NCBI GenBank assembly: GCA_012295275.1
Contig: CM022675.1
Coordinates: 2,790,001 to 2,854,000 of the forward strand
Source: Chrysomallon squamiferum
Lineage: Eukaryota; Animalia; Mollusca
DNA: 64,000 nt
Reading direction: 5' to 3'
Numbering within the stretch: the first letter of the stretch is position 1; every line of letters starts with the position of its first letter. This document shows positions 26,860 through 64,000 of the stretch, one piece after another. Position numbers and translations under genes: made by a program. The notes beneath the pieces are model-generated. The model had not been told where the DNA came from, did not search any database, and was given only the letters and a program-made list of their open reading frames with translations.

Positions 26860-26942
26860 ACTGGTAACAGTTTGCAGTGACGAATAAGGCTGGATGCCAG
26901 TCGACTGACACCTGACAGGTTTCGATTGTGTCCAAATTTCAC
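26860..26942 (+). other. Candidate non-coding 5' UTR exon of the TMUB gene
   Basis: Strong donor AC|GTAAGT at 26943 in a locally more GC-rich stretch upstream of the acceptor that precedes the TMUB ATG. Start is not defined. Confidence 0.35.
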
Positions 26943-29330
26943 GTAAGTAACATACTGACTCTTGTTTCTTTTATAAAATGTAAACATTTTGTTAATATTA
27001 TTTTCTAAAACACTTTTTCTTTCTCTACAGAGTTTATATCAAGTGACTGCTATGTAAAATGTGTCTGCCTCATTCTATTTTCGGAACCATTACATGATTA
27101 CTACGTGTTCATGTGTTTTCGTATCATTCTTTTAACTCACATTTTCATCACCATTTGTTTAGATTATTTCTTTAATTAACATCTAGGACTTGTTATTTTT
27201 TTGAAACTAAAGACAATATTGAATGTAAAATATGTTTTAAATGTGTGTTTATGTATGTGTGCAGTCGCTATATCGACTTTATCAGTTTATATGTGTATGT
27301 GTATATTATTGTGTGTTGTGTATGCATCTATATCTGAATGCACAATATACAAGAAATTACAAAGAAATTAAAAAATCTTTAATTCTTTGTTTTTATAACA
27401 CACAGATGCATTTTTTATAACGGTCTACATCTATATAAATAAGAGAAATGTGTATTTCTGTGTATTTTGCAAAAAATTATAATAAAAGTGTATTATGAAT
27501 ATGACATTGGTTGGGATTATCACTGGAACTATGATGGTAGCAACGTCAACAGTGTTGGCAACATCCATGTCCAATATTTCTACCACGGCTTTCTTTGGTT
27601 AATCAGATTCTGTGAGTTTGCATAATTTGTGTTAATTTAATAATATAACTGTTTTGACTAGATGATGTTTTAATCTGTTTCCAAACAAAGACAAAAACGC
27701 AATAATTTTGCCCATGTTGTTAACATAATTATGACATTTTTTGCACTCAAACAAGCCTTTGCTTTTTGTATATTGATGTAAGTAGGTAGATAGGTAGCTA
27801 TGTTTGTTTGTTTTTATTAATCTGTTAATGTGTGTGTGGGTATGTATGCCTGCACTTTATCAACATTGTTAGTTTATATCTGTATGTATTTGAAAATACA
27901 GATAAAATCATAATAATGTGTGTCTTTGAATAGATATGTATGTATATACACACACACATGTGTCTGTGCATTTGAATATGTAGTGTGTATTTAGATACAG
28001 ATGTATGTGTATATTTATATATAGATCTATACATGTACATGTGCATTTGAATATGTAGTGTATATTTAGATATATATACACATATTTGTATTTGGATATA
28101 TACATGTGTGTTTGAACATATATATGTATGTATACATGTGTGCATGCATTTGAATATGGAGTGTGTATTTAGATACAGATACACATATTTGTATTTGGAT
28201 ATATACATGTGTGTTTGAACATATATATGTGTGTATTTGAACATGTAGTACATTTTGTGTGTTAGACACAAGGAACTGACTGTTAGTAATAAAACTGTAA
28301 GTTGGTCATTGTGATAGTTCTATTATTGCTAATAAAACAAAAAAGTAATTAATTATAACAATAATAGTAATAATAATAATAATAAATAAATAAAAATAAT
28401 AAATCAACAAACAAATAAGTAAATGAAATTTTATATTTTATGCAAGGATAATTCTCTTGAATGAAAACTGTCAGAAGTTCAGATTAGAAGAGGTTTGGAC
28501 ATAATTATGATAAGAAATGTTAAACACAGAAAATATTTCAATGAATCTAAAGTTGTTTGAATAGATGATTAATGTTTTTCTTCGTTTTGTTATTAACAAA
28601 TAAACATTAAACTCAAAACTCTTTTTAATGCAAGCTGAAAGTATTTATTTATTTATATAATTTATTAATTTCGTATAGTGCAAGCAATCAAGATAGGTGA
28701 CATTGTCATACAAAAGGCTGATTTTTATAATTTATTAAAATTAATTTACATTATTGAGTTTTAATTGACACTTTGACTCAAAATTACGCCAAAAGTAAAC
28801 ATACATATATGTTGTTCTTCTTATTATTTTTAAATAGTTTTTGGTAACCTGGTAGCTTGTTAAGATAGCAGAGAAAATGTTAAATTCATGAACTTTCTGT
28901 TGTGGCTATCTGTATGTGTGGAGTGTGTATATGTGTTTTATGTCTTGTATTTGTGTTGTATATGCATGTGTTGTATTTGTGCTGTGTGTGTTTGTACATT
29001 TCTGAATTAAAAAATGTATATATTTGTATGTAGTTGTGTGTTGTATGTACGTGTATCCTTATGGATTAAAAACAGATGTCTACTATGTACAGGTGTAGAT
29101 GTTACAAACACTATACGCTATAAATCTATTTAACACCATTTCAGTTTGTTATTTAAGTATTTTAAAAAGCATTCTTAACCTATAATTGTTTTGTTGTTTT
29201 TGTTTTTTAACATGTAACACCTAGATACAGTTGTTTCTTTTATTATGTTAATTTGTTTATTTAGACAAAGAGACTGTTATTATTATTATTATCATTATTA
29301 TTATTATTATTATTATTTGTAGATAATAAG

Positions 29331-31770
29331 ATGTCGCTGATAGAAGGTGTGGGGGATGAAGTGACAGTTGTGTTTGCCATCCTCGTAGTCATAGTTGTAG
29401 CTGTGATAGCATGGGTGTCCACTCACACAAGAGAAATCCCTTTCATCAGTGTCATTGTCGTTGAACTGTCTCGCAGATCAGAGGGCAGTCACCAGGGCAA
29501 CACAACAAACAACTTGGCTGACGTGTCACCCACCAGTAACACACCAGATGAAAACCCGGTTTTACACAGAGACACACACGTTGAAAACATTGCCCTGCCT
29601 GTCAGCGAGCACAAACATTGCATTGACGCAGCAGGAGACAATAAAGCAGACGCTGTTTCAGCCAGTCAGAGTGGAGGTGATGAATCTGTAAGTGAAACAG
29701 CCAGTAGTACTATAGAACATGACAGTGCAAGCGTTGTCAGCAGTTTACAAGATTCCCAAAGTTCAGGAGGAAACACAGAACAGAAAACATCAGAGCTGCG
29801 ATGTCGACGGCTCGCTTTCTATGACGGCTGTCACGATGACATTGCTCAGACTGAGAACACTGACCAGAGTCACGAGTCTTGTCGTACAAGAAGTGATGCA
29901 GACAGTGGAGGGAATGATGCGGTTGCAGGTGCTGCTGCTGCAGTGTCTAATACAGAGAGTGCTGATGAGATGAGCAGTGAGGTTGCCAGTGACTTGGAAA
30001 CTCAGCAGATTCGAATTCGACTCAAATATCTCAACGACAGCCAGCGACTCGTGTACACCCAACCCTCGCAAACAGTGCAGGAGTTTCGAAGGTATCACAT
30101 CTGATAGTTGTCAACTCACTCTATTATTGAAATTTATATCTAGTTAGTGTAGTTAACATCTAGATATACTGTAATTTACATATAGTTACACTGTAGTTTA
30201 CATATAGTTACTGTAGTTTACATGTAGTTACACTGTAGTTTACATCTAGTTACACTGTAGTTTACATCTAGATATACTGTAATTTACTTCTAGATATACT
30301 GTAGCTTACATCTAAATATACTGTAGTTTACATTTAGATATACTGTATTTACATCTAGCTATACTGTAGTTTATATCTAGTTATACCATAGTTTATATCT
30401 AGTTATACCATAGTTTATATCTAGTTATACCATAGTTTATATCTAATTATATTGTAGTTTATATCTAGTTATACCATAGTTTATATCTAGTTATACCATA
30501 GTTTACATCTAGTTATACCATAGTTTATATCTAGTTATACCATAGTTTATATCTAGTTATATTGCAGTTTATATCTAGTTATACCATAGTTTACATCTAG
30601 TTATATTGTAGTTTATATCTAGTTATATTGTAGTTTATATCTAGTTATATTGTAGTTTATATCTAGTTCTACCGTAGTTTACATCTAGTTATACTATTGT
30701 TTAAATCTAGTTATACTATAGTTTAAATCTAGTTATACTATAGTTCATATCTAGCTATACCGTAGTTTACATCTAGTTATACCATAGTTTATATCTAGTT
30801 ATGCCATAGTTTATATCTAGTTATACTGTAGTTTACATCTAGTTATATTGTAGTTTATATCTAGTTATACCATAGTTTATATCTAGTTATACTATAGTTT
30901 ATATCTAGTTATACTATAGTTTATATCTAGTTATACCATAGTTTATATCTAGTTATACTGTACTTAACATCTGGTTACACTGTAGTTTACATGTAAAGTA
31001 GATTGCTTTTAATTACATTGTAATTTACATCTTCCTAAACTGTAGTTAACATTTAATTACATTGTAATTTACATCTGGATTCACTGTAGTTTACATGAAG
31101 TTACACTGTTACATCTAGTTTATTTATTAATGGTTGAAGGTTACAAGCAGTTAGTGTTTATTATTACAAAACACTAAACATCTAAGACTATTTAAAAGTA
31201 AAATTAATTACTACAAAGTGGTGTGGCAAGTTATTACATGAAGGGTTGATGTAAAAAGTGGTGTGGCAAGTTATTACATGAAGGGTTGATATAAAAAGTG
31301 GTGTGACAAGTTATTACATGAAGGGTTGATATAAAAAGTGGTGTGACAAGTTATTACATGAAGGGTTGATGTAAAAAGTAATCACCTGTAATTTCAGAAC
31401 TCACTTTGCATCGGAGCTTGCCAGCAACAAACTCGTACGATTTATCTTCAACGGCCAGGACCTTCGCAACGACTCCTACACTCTGCAGTCGTACAACATC
31501 GTGGACAACAGTGTCGTTCACTGCCTCATCACCCAGATGCAGCATTCACAGAACATGGTGCAGAATGATGATGAAGGTGACCTCGACCTAGGTCACCTGA
31601 TGCTGCCTCTCTTTGGTTTTATTCTCATGGTTATTTGGTATCTGCGTTTCTCTTATCGTCAGTACTTTAACGCGATGTCGACTCTGTGTCTCGTTGGTGT
31701 CACCTTCCTCTTCTTCTTAGGAGTTGTCTCCTCCTGGCAAGGTCATCGCAGAAGAGCTCATCTAGACTGA
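29331..31770 (+). CDS. TMUB1: Transmembrane and ubiquitin-like domain-containing protein (TMUB1/TMUB2-like), about 377 aa
   Basis: Coding exons 29331-30091 and 31398-31770 (phase-2 intron). N-terminal MSLIEGVGDEVT + TM + AWVSTH, low-complexity linker, UBL (IRLKYLNDSQRLV...VRFIFNGQDLRNDSYTLQSYNIVDNSVVHCLI), two C-terminal TM segments (LMLPLFGFILMVIWYLRFSYRQYFNAMSTLCLVGVTFLF). An acceptor at 29321-29322 implies a 5' UTR intron. Likely co-ortholog of TMUB1/2. Confidence 0.9.
30160..30990. repeat. Minisatellite, 22-bp unit ATCTAGTTATACCATAGTTTAT
   Basis: Tandem copies in the TMUB coding intron. Confidence 0.92.
31215..31379. repeat. 40-bp unit x4 (AAAGTGGTGTGRCAAGTTATTACATGAAGGGTTGATRTAA)
   Basis: Four near-identical copies ending about 18 bp before the TMUB acceptor. 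Confidence 0.92.
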
Positions 31771-31784
31771 TTTTGTTCTCTTCT

Positions 31785-32335
31785 TCAAATTATTATAGAA
31801 CTTGATACACTAGTACATAATTATATATCAAACAGAATTATTATATATTAATAAACTAGTACATAATTATATATCAAACAGAATTATTATATATTAATAA
31901 ACTAGTATATAATTATATATCAAACAGAATTATTATACATTAATACACTAGTACATAATTATATATCAAATAGAATTATTATACATTAATACACTAGTAA
32001 ATAATTATGTCAAACAGAATTATTATATAACTTAATACACTAGTACATAATTATATATCAAACAGAATTATTATATAACTTAATACACTAGTACATAACT
32101 ATATCAAACATAATTATTATACATTAATACACTAGTACATAACTATATCAAACAGAATTATTATACATTAATACACTAGTACATAATTATATATCAAACA
32201 GAATTATTATATAACTTAATACACTAGTACATAATCATATTAAACAGAATTATTATATAACTTAATACACTAGTACATAATCATATTAAACAGAATTATA
32301 AATAAGTTAATAGATTAGTACATAATCATTACAGA
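31785..32335. repeat. Minisatellite, about 46-bp AT-rich unit, in the TMUB 3' UTR or flank
   Basis: TAGTACATAATTATATATCAAACAGAATTATTATA... tandem copies starting about 15 bp after the stop codon. Confidence 0.88.
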
Positions 32336-33144
32336 ATTAAAGATAGTACATGATTACTCTGTAACAGTATTTTATAGCTACATTGTTAAATACACAGTTG
32401 CCTAGCTTAATACACAAGTGTATTTTGCATCATTATAGACTGGGTGATTTAGTAACATAGAAATATGTATTATAACTTGTATAATCTAATAGTTATTTTA
32501 ATTATTATATACTGTTTTTTCTCCTTTCTTCCTGAATGTTTTAATTACTGTATGTGATACAGTGCTCATAACTATCATTAGCAGTTAAGTGAGTCCATTT
32601 TGATAAAGTGTAATTGAAATAATTGTTATTGTTTACAGAAAAATAATAAAAGACTTGCAGAGAGAAACCTGGCTGAGATACATCTTCTTGACATGATCAG
32701 ACTTTCATATGTATCAAGTCGGGGTACATTTTGTCCAAACAGAATCATGTGAAATAATATAATCATGTTTACTTTGACCTCTTCGTGAAGTAATACAATA
32801 ATCATGTTTAAATTTGACCTCTTTGTGAAATAATGTAATTGTGTTTAATTTGAATTTCATGAGCTAATTTAACTGCTGAATCAGACTTTGTAATTTTTAT
32901 TATTATTATTATCATTATTATTATTTATTTATTAATTTATTTATTTATTTGACCTACAAGTAGCTAGGTATAGTGAATTGTAATTATGTGCATGTAAAAG
33001 TATGTTTATAATATTGAATCCAAACACATTCGTAGGAGTGTTAATCTGTATGTATATAAACATATATATAGCAGTGTATCAGTTTATATGGATATGCATA
33101 CCACTGTTAATTTATATTTATCTATGTTTGTCTGTCTGTCTATC

Positions 33145-33207
<63 letters not shown>

Positions 33208-34805
33208 ATATACCAGTGAGTTAAATAATATGTGTACATGTTTGTATGTATGTATGAGTGCAGCTGAGTAATTCTTCAGCCTCTTGAAAACCTCAGTCTC
33301 TCAAAGTCTGGTCCTGGCTGAGTTCTGATGCAAGTTAGCAATGACATCCTTTGAAAGTTCAGTCAGTGATCAGTGGAGGTGTTGTTCTGTGCCAGGTTCA
33401 TGCTTTAGTATAAATTAACCTTTAAACAACTGAATCCTGAAACAGTCAAACCATCTGCACACAGCGTAGGGCTCTTTGCTTAATACACAGCTGTAAAATA
33501 AGCTTACAGAGAAGTGATAGTCTTCACTGGTTGGTGTAGCGTGTGCTACTTGCTATCTGCGGTTTAATCAAATTGTGTCTTGTTCCAAAAATCTCAAAAT
33601 ACTTCAACTCGATAATTATTTCCAGTTATGTGTTTCAGTGTGTGTGTGCGCACACATATATAATGTGAGTTGTGTCTTCTGTTGATTTTGTTATTTACTT
33701 AGTTTATCTATCAAACATAATTATTCATCAGAAATGCGGTAAATATTTGAATTTCAAAAAGTAAAACTCAATGAAACTTGAAATATTTTGTTGACCCCTT
33801 CCAGCTCTCATGTATGTGTATTAGTTATCTAAACTGTGTGGAGTGTGTACAGCAATTATTTGTGTGTTTGTTTTAAGATATCAACACATATACATATATA
33901 TACATACCACTCATACATACATACATACATACAGCAAATACATTCAACATACATATTTACACTGATACATGTGTATTTGTATGCACATGTGTGTTTGTGT
34001 GTCTGTTATTTTATTTACAAATGATGTTAATGTTGTTCCTACTGCTCTCAGTATGCATTGTTATATCATTTGTACATTACATTAGTCATAATAAACTTAT
34101 GTGTTTTAATTAATTAATTATTTTTAATATATTTTAATGTATACATTATAAAGAAATAGCTGAAATGATATTTCACTTTCAGATGACTGTTTTCATAAAT
34201 AAAAAGATAAAAACCAGCATAATACATTTTGTCTGTTTTCTTACTCTTTTCATTGTTGTTTGTTTTTGTTTTTTCTTAAATTCTTTTTGTTCTTTGTTGT
34301 TCTTTCTCCCTTCTTTTTTCTTCATAACAGACAGATGTGTTTATTCAGACTTGTGGGATTTTTAGTTTTTCTCAAACTTGGATAGTATTCAGCCTCACTA
34401 AAAAACATATTTTATCTTTTCAACTAACACACTTAAGTGTTAAACGACTATTTCATATTTACATAAACTAATTTTTATTTATAAAAGAGTAAAAAAAAAA
34501 ATACCAAAAAGCAAATGAGTTTTTATTATTTTTATTTTTATTATTATATTTTTTTTTATTACTTTAATATTTTCTTTATAATTTTTATCATTACTTTCCT
34601 GGTATGCCGCCAATTAATACTCTAACTAATATAAGTTATTAAAAACATGTAATTTATTAAGTAATGTTATTATTAGTTTTATTCTAATTAGTTATTATTG
34701 ATTATTTACTAACTAATTTTATTTACTAAGTAATGCTGTTAATTATTTTATTTTACTTTCAGTAAACCTGTTTTCTTTCATGACTGTCCATTAACTGCTG
34801 TAAAA

Positions 34806-34844
<39 letters not shown>

Positions 34845-35593
34845 GCAAGTAAATAAATAAATGAATGAATGAATGAATAAACAAACAAATATGTACATAA
34901 TGAAGAAGCACTTTCCATGCTATAGTCTAGAGGTCGAGAAACAAAAGTAACAAACAAAAGGAAAGATAATCATAAAGCGCGGGCACTAATAACGTAGGTC
35001 GTCTTGTACATTCTTAGTAGGAGTTACTTCCCTTGAACAGTTTGCCTCGTTGAGTGCAGGGGAACTGGGTAGTCTGTAACAGGACAAGCAGAGAGAACAA
35101 ATGAGTTTTACTCGGGTGTGGCTGTTTAAACGTGACTGAAAGAACTGATTTCTAAACGTGCTGGACATGCACAGCTTTATTTGTATTTACAGATCAGTGG
35201 TGCAGGCTTTACAAATTTTAATATATTACATTTCACTTACAAATCTGTCAAAGTTTCACATTAAGATGGGTTAAAAGTTACAGAGAACAATGTGAACTGT
35301 TACGACAGGTTGCTGTGAGTGCGTTTTGAACTGCTGTCTAATGGTCTGAGAGAACAAACTTGCAAGATGAACACAAATGTCAGAACATATCACTGAACAG
35401 TTAATACTCAGTTAACTGATGGTAACTGAATAAAAAGTAATTTTTTGAAGTTTCCATCAAAGCAAGTTTTTTTTAATTTACACACACACACAGTTTATTA
35501 TTATTACTACTTTTTCATTTATTTTATTTTAGTTATTTATTTATATATTTATTTATTTGTTTATTTATTTATTATTATTTATTATTATTATTA

Positions 35594-35629
<36 letters not shown>

Positions 35630-37172
35630 TTATTTGTATATTTTTTTGAAGTATACATTTGTGGAGATTTATACAAAATTTGTCCTGTTCTCATGAGATG
35701 TGTCTACCTTTGAACCAGTCTGACTGTTAGTGACGGGTCTTTCATTTCAGACAACGTGTTGAGAAATTACTATGACGTCAGTCAGTGTGTGGATTTACTC
35801 AAACGTTACGTCAATCTACAAACAACCTGAGTGACTGAGCAGGTTACACAAGCCTCTTTGACAGCTCTACTGTAACCATCAGACACTGTCTGACTTTATA
35901 GGTTTAATTTCAGACAACTGTCTGACTTTGTACGCTAAATATCAGACAATAGTTTGACTTTGTAACTGTCTGACTCTGTAGTTTAAATATCAGACAGTAC
36001 ACCAGTTTGACTTTATAGTTTAAATTTCAGACAACTGTCTGACTTTATAGTTTAAATATCAGACAACTGTCTGGCTGTAGTTTAAATATCAGACAGTTAT
36101 CAGACATTGGAGTTCAAGTGTGGTGCAGCTTTTTGGCGTTAAATGTTGTCGAGAACCTTTTTCTTTCATTTTTTTTTTCTTTTTGTTTTCGTCGAAAAAT
36201 TAAGGTTACAATTTATTACGTTTAGGGAAGTGATGTTTAGTAAAAGAAAAAAGACGAAAGCTGTCATTGACTGAAATGGCGCATACAAACGTTGCTGATT
36301 GTGAAACGTCGTTGCTACAGAATTGAAAAAGATAATTATACTGGAGCAGCAGGCAATGTAACGACATTTAATCGATTTGTCAAACGTATCCTTCACGAAT
36401 CAATTGTTGTCTTATTTATAGCTGTAGTAATTAAACAGCACGCGCTCGTTTTCTAATTATTCCGTTTATTCTGTTAGTCACCAGTTACTCAGTTCGTTAT
36501 GTTTACGGTTACTTTATTAAAGATTATATTCTCTTTAATACTCCATCAATAACAAATCAGCTCTGTTCTAAAGTAGCTCGCCCATTGCAGTCAGTCCTGT
36601 CAACATTCTCAGCAGCTTGTATTAAAGAGCTCACAAATTTACATTCTACAGTTCTGTATTGTGTGTTACATGTACTTTACATTACAAAGTTCTGTTCTTT
36701 GTACTATATCTGGTGTATGGTACAGACTTCTTCTTTTTTTAATAAAGTTCAGTGATGTGTTTTATCAAATACAGTACATTGTTTTATAACATTAAATACG
36801 TTGTTTTATAAAATTCACTGCTTTGCTATATATAGTTCAGTAGAGTGATTTATAAAATTCAGTACTTTGTTTTCTAAAGTTCAGTACCTTGTTTTACAAA
36901 ATTTAGTATTGTGTTTTATAATATTCAGTACTGTATTTTCTATATACAGTTCAGGAAAGTGTTTTAAAAAGTTCCGTGCAGTACTTTTTAATAGTTCAGA
37001 ACTGAGCTATATAACATTCAGTATTGTGTTTTATAAAACTAAGTATTTTGTTTTATCAAATTCAGTATTGTGTTTATCAAATTCAGTTTTCAAATTCAGT
37101 CTTTTTTTTTTTTTTAATCAAATTCAGTCTTGTTTTTTTATAATGTTGAGTTCTGTGTTTACTAAAGTTCAG

Positions 37173-37390
<218 letters not shown>

Positions 37391-38314
37391 GTATGTGTAT
37401 GCATATTATTATTACTGCTAAAAAAGAACCTGAATTAACATCTCCAGATGACGGATGTAAATGTGTTTAATGAAAATGTCAGAAATGAGACAGTTCTTCA
37501 GTTCCAGCACGAGTCTTGTGACAAGCGATTTGATCATTAACACGATGTGTGATTACAGTTCTGAGCTGTCGAAGTGCTCTCAGCTTGTCCGCTTTTCACA
37601 CAAGTTTTCTCATTACAAAACACACTGAAGTTCAGACTGGACTACGTCTGTCAGTAGACTCGATTCTCTAATCTAGTCTACTATTTTGTAGAAAAAAAGC
37701 TTCTGTAAGAACACACGCTGATCTACTATTTAATAGTCAACTTCATTATGTAGAGAACATTTACACACTAATCTACTTGTTTTTGTTTTTTAATAGAAAG
37801 ATGAATTAATCTATAAAATAAATCCTGTGAGAAGGAAATGATGAGATTTTAAGAATACTACCTTCATTTACATACACAGTAATATAAACTGAAATTACAC
37901 GCATTTAGTAGTAGCGAATTTTGCATGTACTGTAGCAGTAAATAAATCAATAAATAAATAAATAAATAAATAAAAACTAAATATATTGCATAATTAAAAT
38001 AGGTACATCAGTAGTAATAACGGTATGGAAGCAACAAATATCTGAACTGATACACTAAATTAATGGTAATAGTGATAGGGACTGGCACAGATACAAGGGT
38101 TATGAATCGTGACTTATTAATGGTAAAAGTGATATGAATGGCTTGAAGAAAATCAGTGGTAATAGTGATTACATTGTCATAGATACAACTGATATAAGTG
38201 GTAACAATCCAGTAGTTGTAATTAGTAGTGAAAGCTAGACGCTAACGGTGATTGCTTTCCATGTATTATTTTCTACTTCTTTTCCCTTGTGATGCTGTAT
38301 AAAAACGCAGTGGG

Positions 38315-38353
<39 letters not shown>

Positions 38354-39135
38354 CTAGGCGGATACGCATTCAGAGATATGTGGTTTTCAAACGTTAATTT
38401 ATTTTTATTGTTGTTCCATTAAGGAAGTCTTTGCTTCTAATCGATCTTATCAATTCCTTCAAACAAAACCACTAAATGAATGCAATTACTGTTTTGTGTT
38501 TTGTTTGAGAGAAAGAGTAGCAGCAGTTGTAGCAGTACAAGCAGTAGTAGCTGCAGTTGCAGTAGTTTTGTATCAACAGTAGTAGTAGAAGCAGTAATGG
38601 TAATATGTGTAGTAGTAGCAAAAGTAGGAGTTGTAACAGAAGTCGTAGTAGTAACAGCAGCAGTAGCAGTGGTTGTGGCAGTGTTAGAGTGGTAATTTGC
38701 TACGTCTATGATGATTATTGTAATGGTATTTAGCAGTCTCTGGCAACATAATAAATTCAACACAAATGATGATCTTAACTGAGTGTAGATGTCACTGGAG
38801 TAGTGGACAACGTCGTTGTGTATGAAGCAGCCGACGTTTTGACAGCTGATTATTAATAGACTTCACCAGCGTGGCTTCTCGTATTGATTTTACCCTCACT
38901 TCAATTTCATGCTATCGCCGCGCAGATTGTTCTGATCATAAAGTAATCTCGTAAAAGTCTTTTTTCTTCTTCTTTCGAGCTCAAAGACTCGCGGCGTAAT
39001 TAGATTCCTTCCTACTTAGCTTTAATATTCAATCACCTTTAGGTCAGTGTGTGTTTATTATTGCACGTTATCTCCGCTGATAAACTGTTCATTCACTGTA
39101 ACCCATTTTCACTGCGCATTTCATAGCTTTTAATG

Positions 39136-39250
<115 letters not shown>

Positions 39251-39305
39251 CTCTCGTTCATATTACGCATACATAAAAGTATTAGCATCCGTCCATCCAT
39301 CTATC

Positions 39306-39351
<46 letters not shown>

Positions 39352-39438
39352 TGTATCTCTCTGTCTATCTATATATATAAAAATGTGTTCATCCATTTCA
39401 TCGTGCGTTTTGCTGTTGTTCACAATACCTGTTTGAAA

Positions 39439-39482
<44 letters not shown>

Positions 39483-39487
39483 TGATG

Positions 39488-39559
<72 letters not shown>

Positions 39560-39738
39560 GGAACTGCTTCAGTGTAAAATTATCTGACCCTAACCCAGCT
39601 CCCTGTAACACCTGACTCAGTACACAAACAACTGTTTGTAAAGGTTACAGGAATCGATGTCGTCTTACCAGGTACTTGTTTGTTTCTGCGCCGCTGTAAA
39701 CTGTATTTATGTTAAACATCCTTCTTCTTAATTAGGCC

Positions 39739-39860
39739 GTTGTCCTGGCAACACAGAAGTGAGAGTAGTGGGCGGTGACGTCATCTCATTATTTAGCTCG
39801 TTATCTGTCTGTCATCAGTCTCCCGGATATCTCTTCTCGTTATTTACATCGCATGCGCAT
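39739..39860 (+). promoter_or_regulatory. Putative promoter motif cluster upstream of the PDE gene (RFX X-box, GC box, CRE, NRF1-like)
   Basis: GTTGTCCTGGCAAC 39739-39752, GGGCGG 39770-39775, TGACGTCA 39776-39783 and CGCATGCGCA 39850-39859, about 1.1-1.2 kb upstream of ATG 40955. Confidence 0.4.
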
Positions 39861-40532
39861 AATGCCACGTTTTGTTCACTCATCTTTTTTTAATTTTTTT
39901 TTTCTTTCTCTCTCACTTTATCTCTTTTTTATATTTTTTCCTTTGATAACTTTTCTTCTTTCTTTGTAACTTTCATTTATCTACCTTATGAGTTATTGTT
40001 TGTTCGTTCGTTCATTCGTTCGTTCGTTTATTTATTTATTTATTTATTTATTTATTTTCTTACGTTTCAAGTAGTCGGAAAAGTAGGTCTAAACATGAAA
40101 CGGAGTTTGCGAAATGTTCACTTATCAAATTAAAATTATCTTTATCAGATCTACTTGAACGAGTTATTCACTTGTTAAATCTTTGTGAACTGAACGTTTT
40201 ATCTCTTTTCAACAACAGTTATTAATGTGAAAAATGGCTTCGGTAAATGTTCCGTGTCTATGAGTTTAACACAGGTGGCAGGACGGGATGTTACCAATAC
40301 ACGTGAAAAATGTGGTCACTGCTGTTTTACTGTCACACTCTACTAACGACACCGATAACAGTCAAACACTATAGCTTTTATTACTTTATATAGTATTTTT
40401 AGTGTAGTAGTAGTAATAACTGCAGTTGTAATAGTTCGTTGACTTATTGTTCTGGTAGTAGTAGTAGTAATAATTGTAGTATTACTTGTACTGCAGTAGT
40501 GGTAGTATTAGTTTTAAGTAGCGTAGTAATAA

Positions 40533-40587
<55 letters not shown>

Positions 40588-40954
40588 TATAACTAGTTGT
40601 AATAACAGTAGTAGTAGTAGTAGTGATAGTAGTAGCAGTACAAACAGGCTACAGAATGGTGAAGATAAGAGAACTGAAGGGAATAAACGTGCTAATAGGA
40701 GAAAAAATAGATGTAACTAGATTTGAATAATGTTAACAAATTACTGGTTTATGTGAGATGAATGTGGAGGCTGTGAGTAAACCCGCTGTTCGCGGAGAAC
40801 GAGTGATGTGAGAACTTAGTGAAGCGAATCAGGACTTGCGTATTGAAGACTGACGTAGTCCTATCGATCACCACACCACATGTTGCACGATAACAGATCT
40901 CTGGACACGGCGTAGTATTACTCCACAATCGCCAGTCGAATACGAACGGCAAAA

Positions 40955-63934
<22,980 letters not shown>

Positions 63935-64000
63935 GTGAGCTATTACAGTAGTAGTATAGCAGCAGTAGTTGTGGTAGTCATGGTGATGGTAATAGTAACA

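Overview
AT-rich, intron-rich eukaryotic genomic DNA packed with micro- and minisatellites. It is most likely a mollusc or other lophotrochozoan (an inference from gene content). Almost all long ORFs in the track are repeat artefacts. The real genes are spliced, and I rebuilt them by hand from GT-AG boundaries and reading-frame continuity. (1) The 3' part of a + strand gene in which SRCR (scavenger receptor cysteine-rich) exons appear to splice directly onto only the last part of a zona pellucida ZP-C domain plus a furin site (456-7925). (2, 3) Two tandem minus-strand paralogs encoding signal peptide + 2 EGF + ZP proteins (EGF-ZP type, a family that includes molluscan shell-matrix proteins) with identical intron phases (8502-15451 and about 18758-25290), separated by a decayed RNase H-bearing LINE. 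(4) A TMUB1/2-like gene (29331-31770). (5) A dual-GAF PDE11-like phosphodiesterase from 40955 that runs off the window end. The most notable observations are the apparent SRCR/half-ZP-C exon-shuffled chimera, a 33-bp minisatellite that multiplies an in-frame splice donor about 10 times, and a tendency for unrelated minisatellites to sit right at splice junctions. No database searches were run, so family calls rest on recognised motifs.
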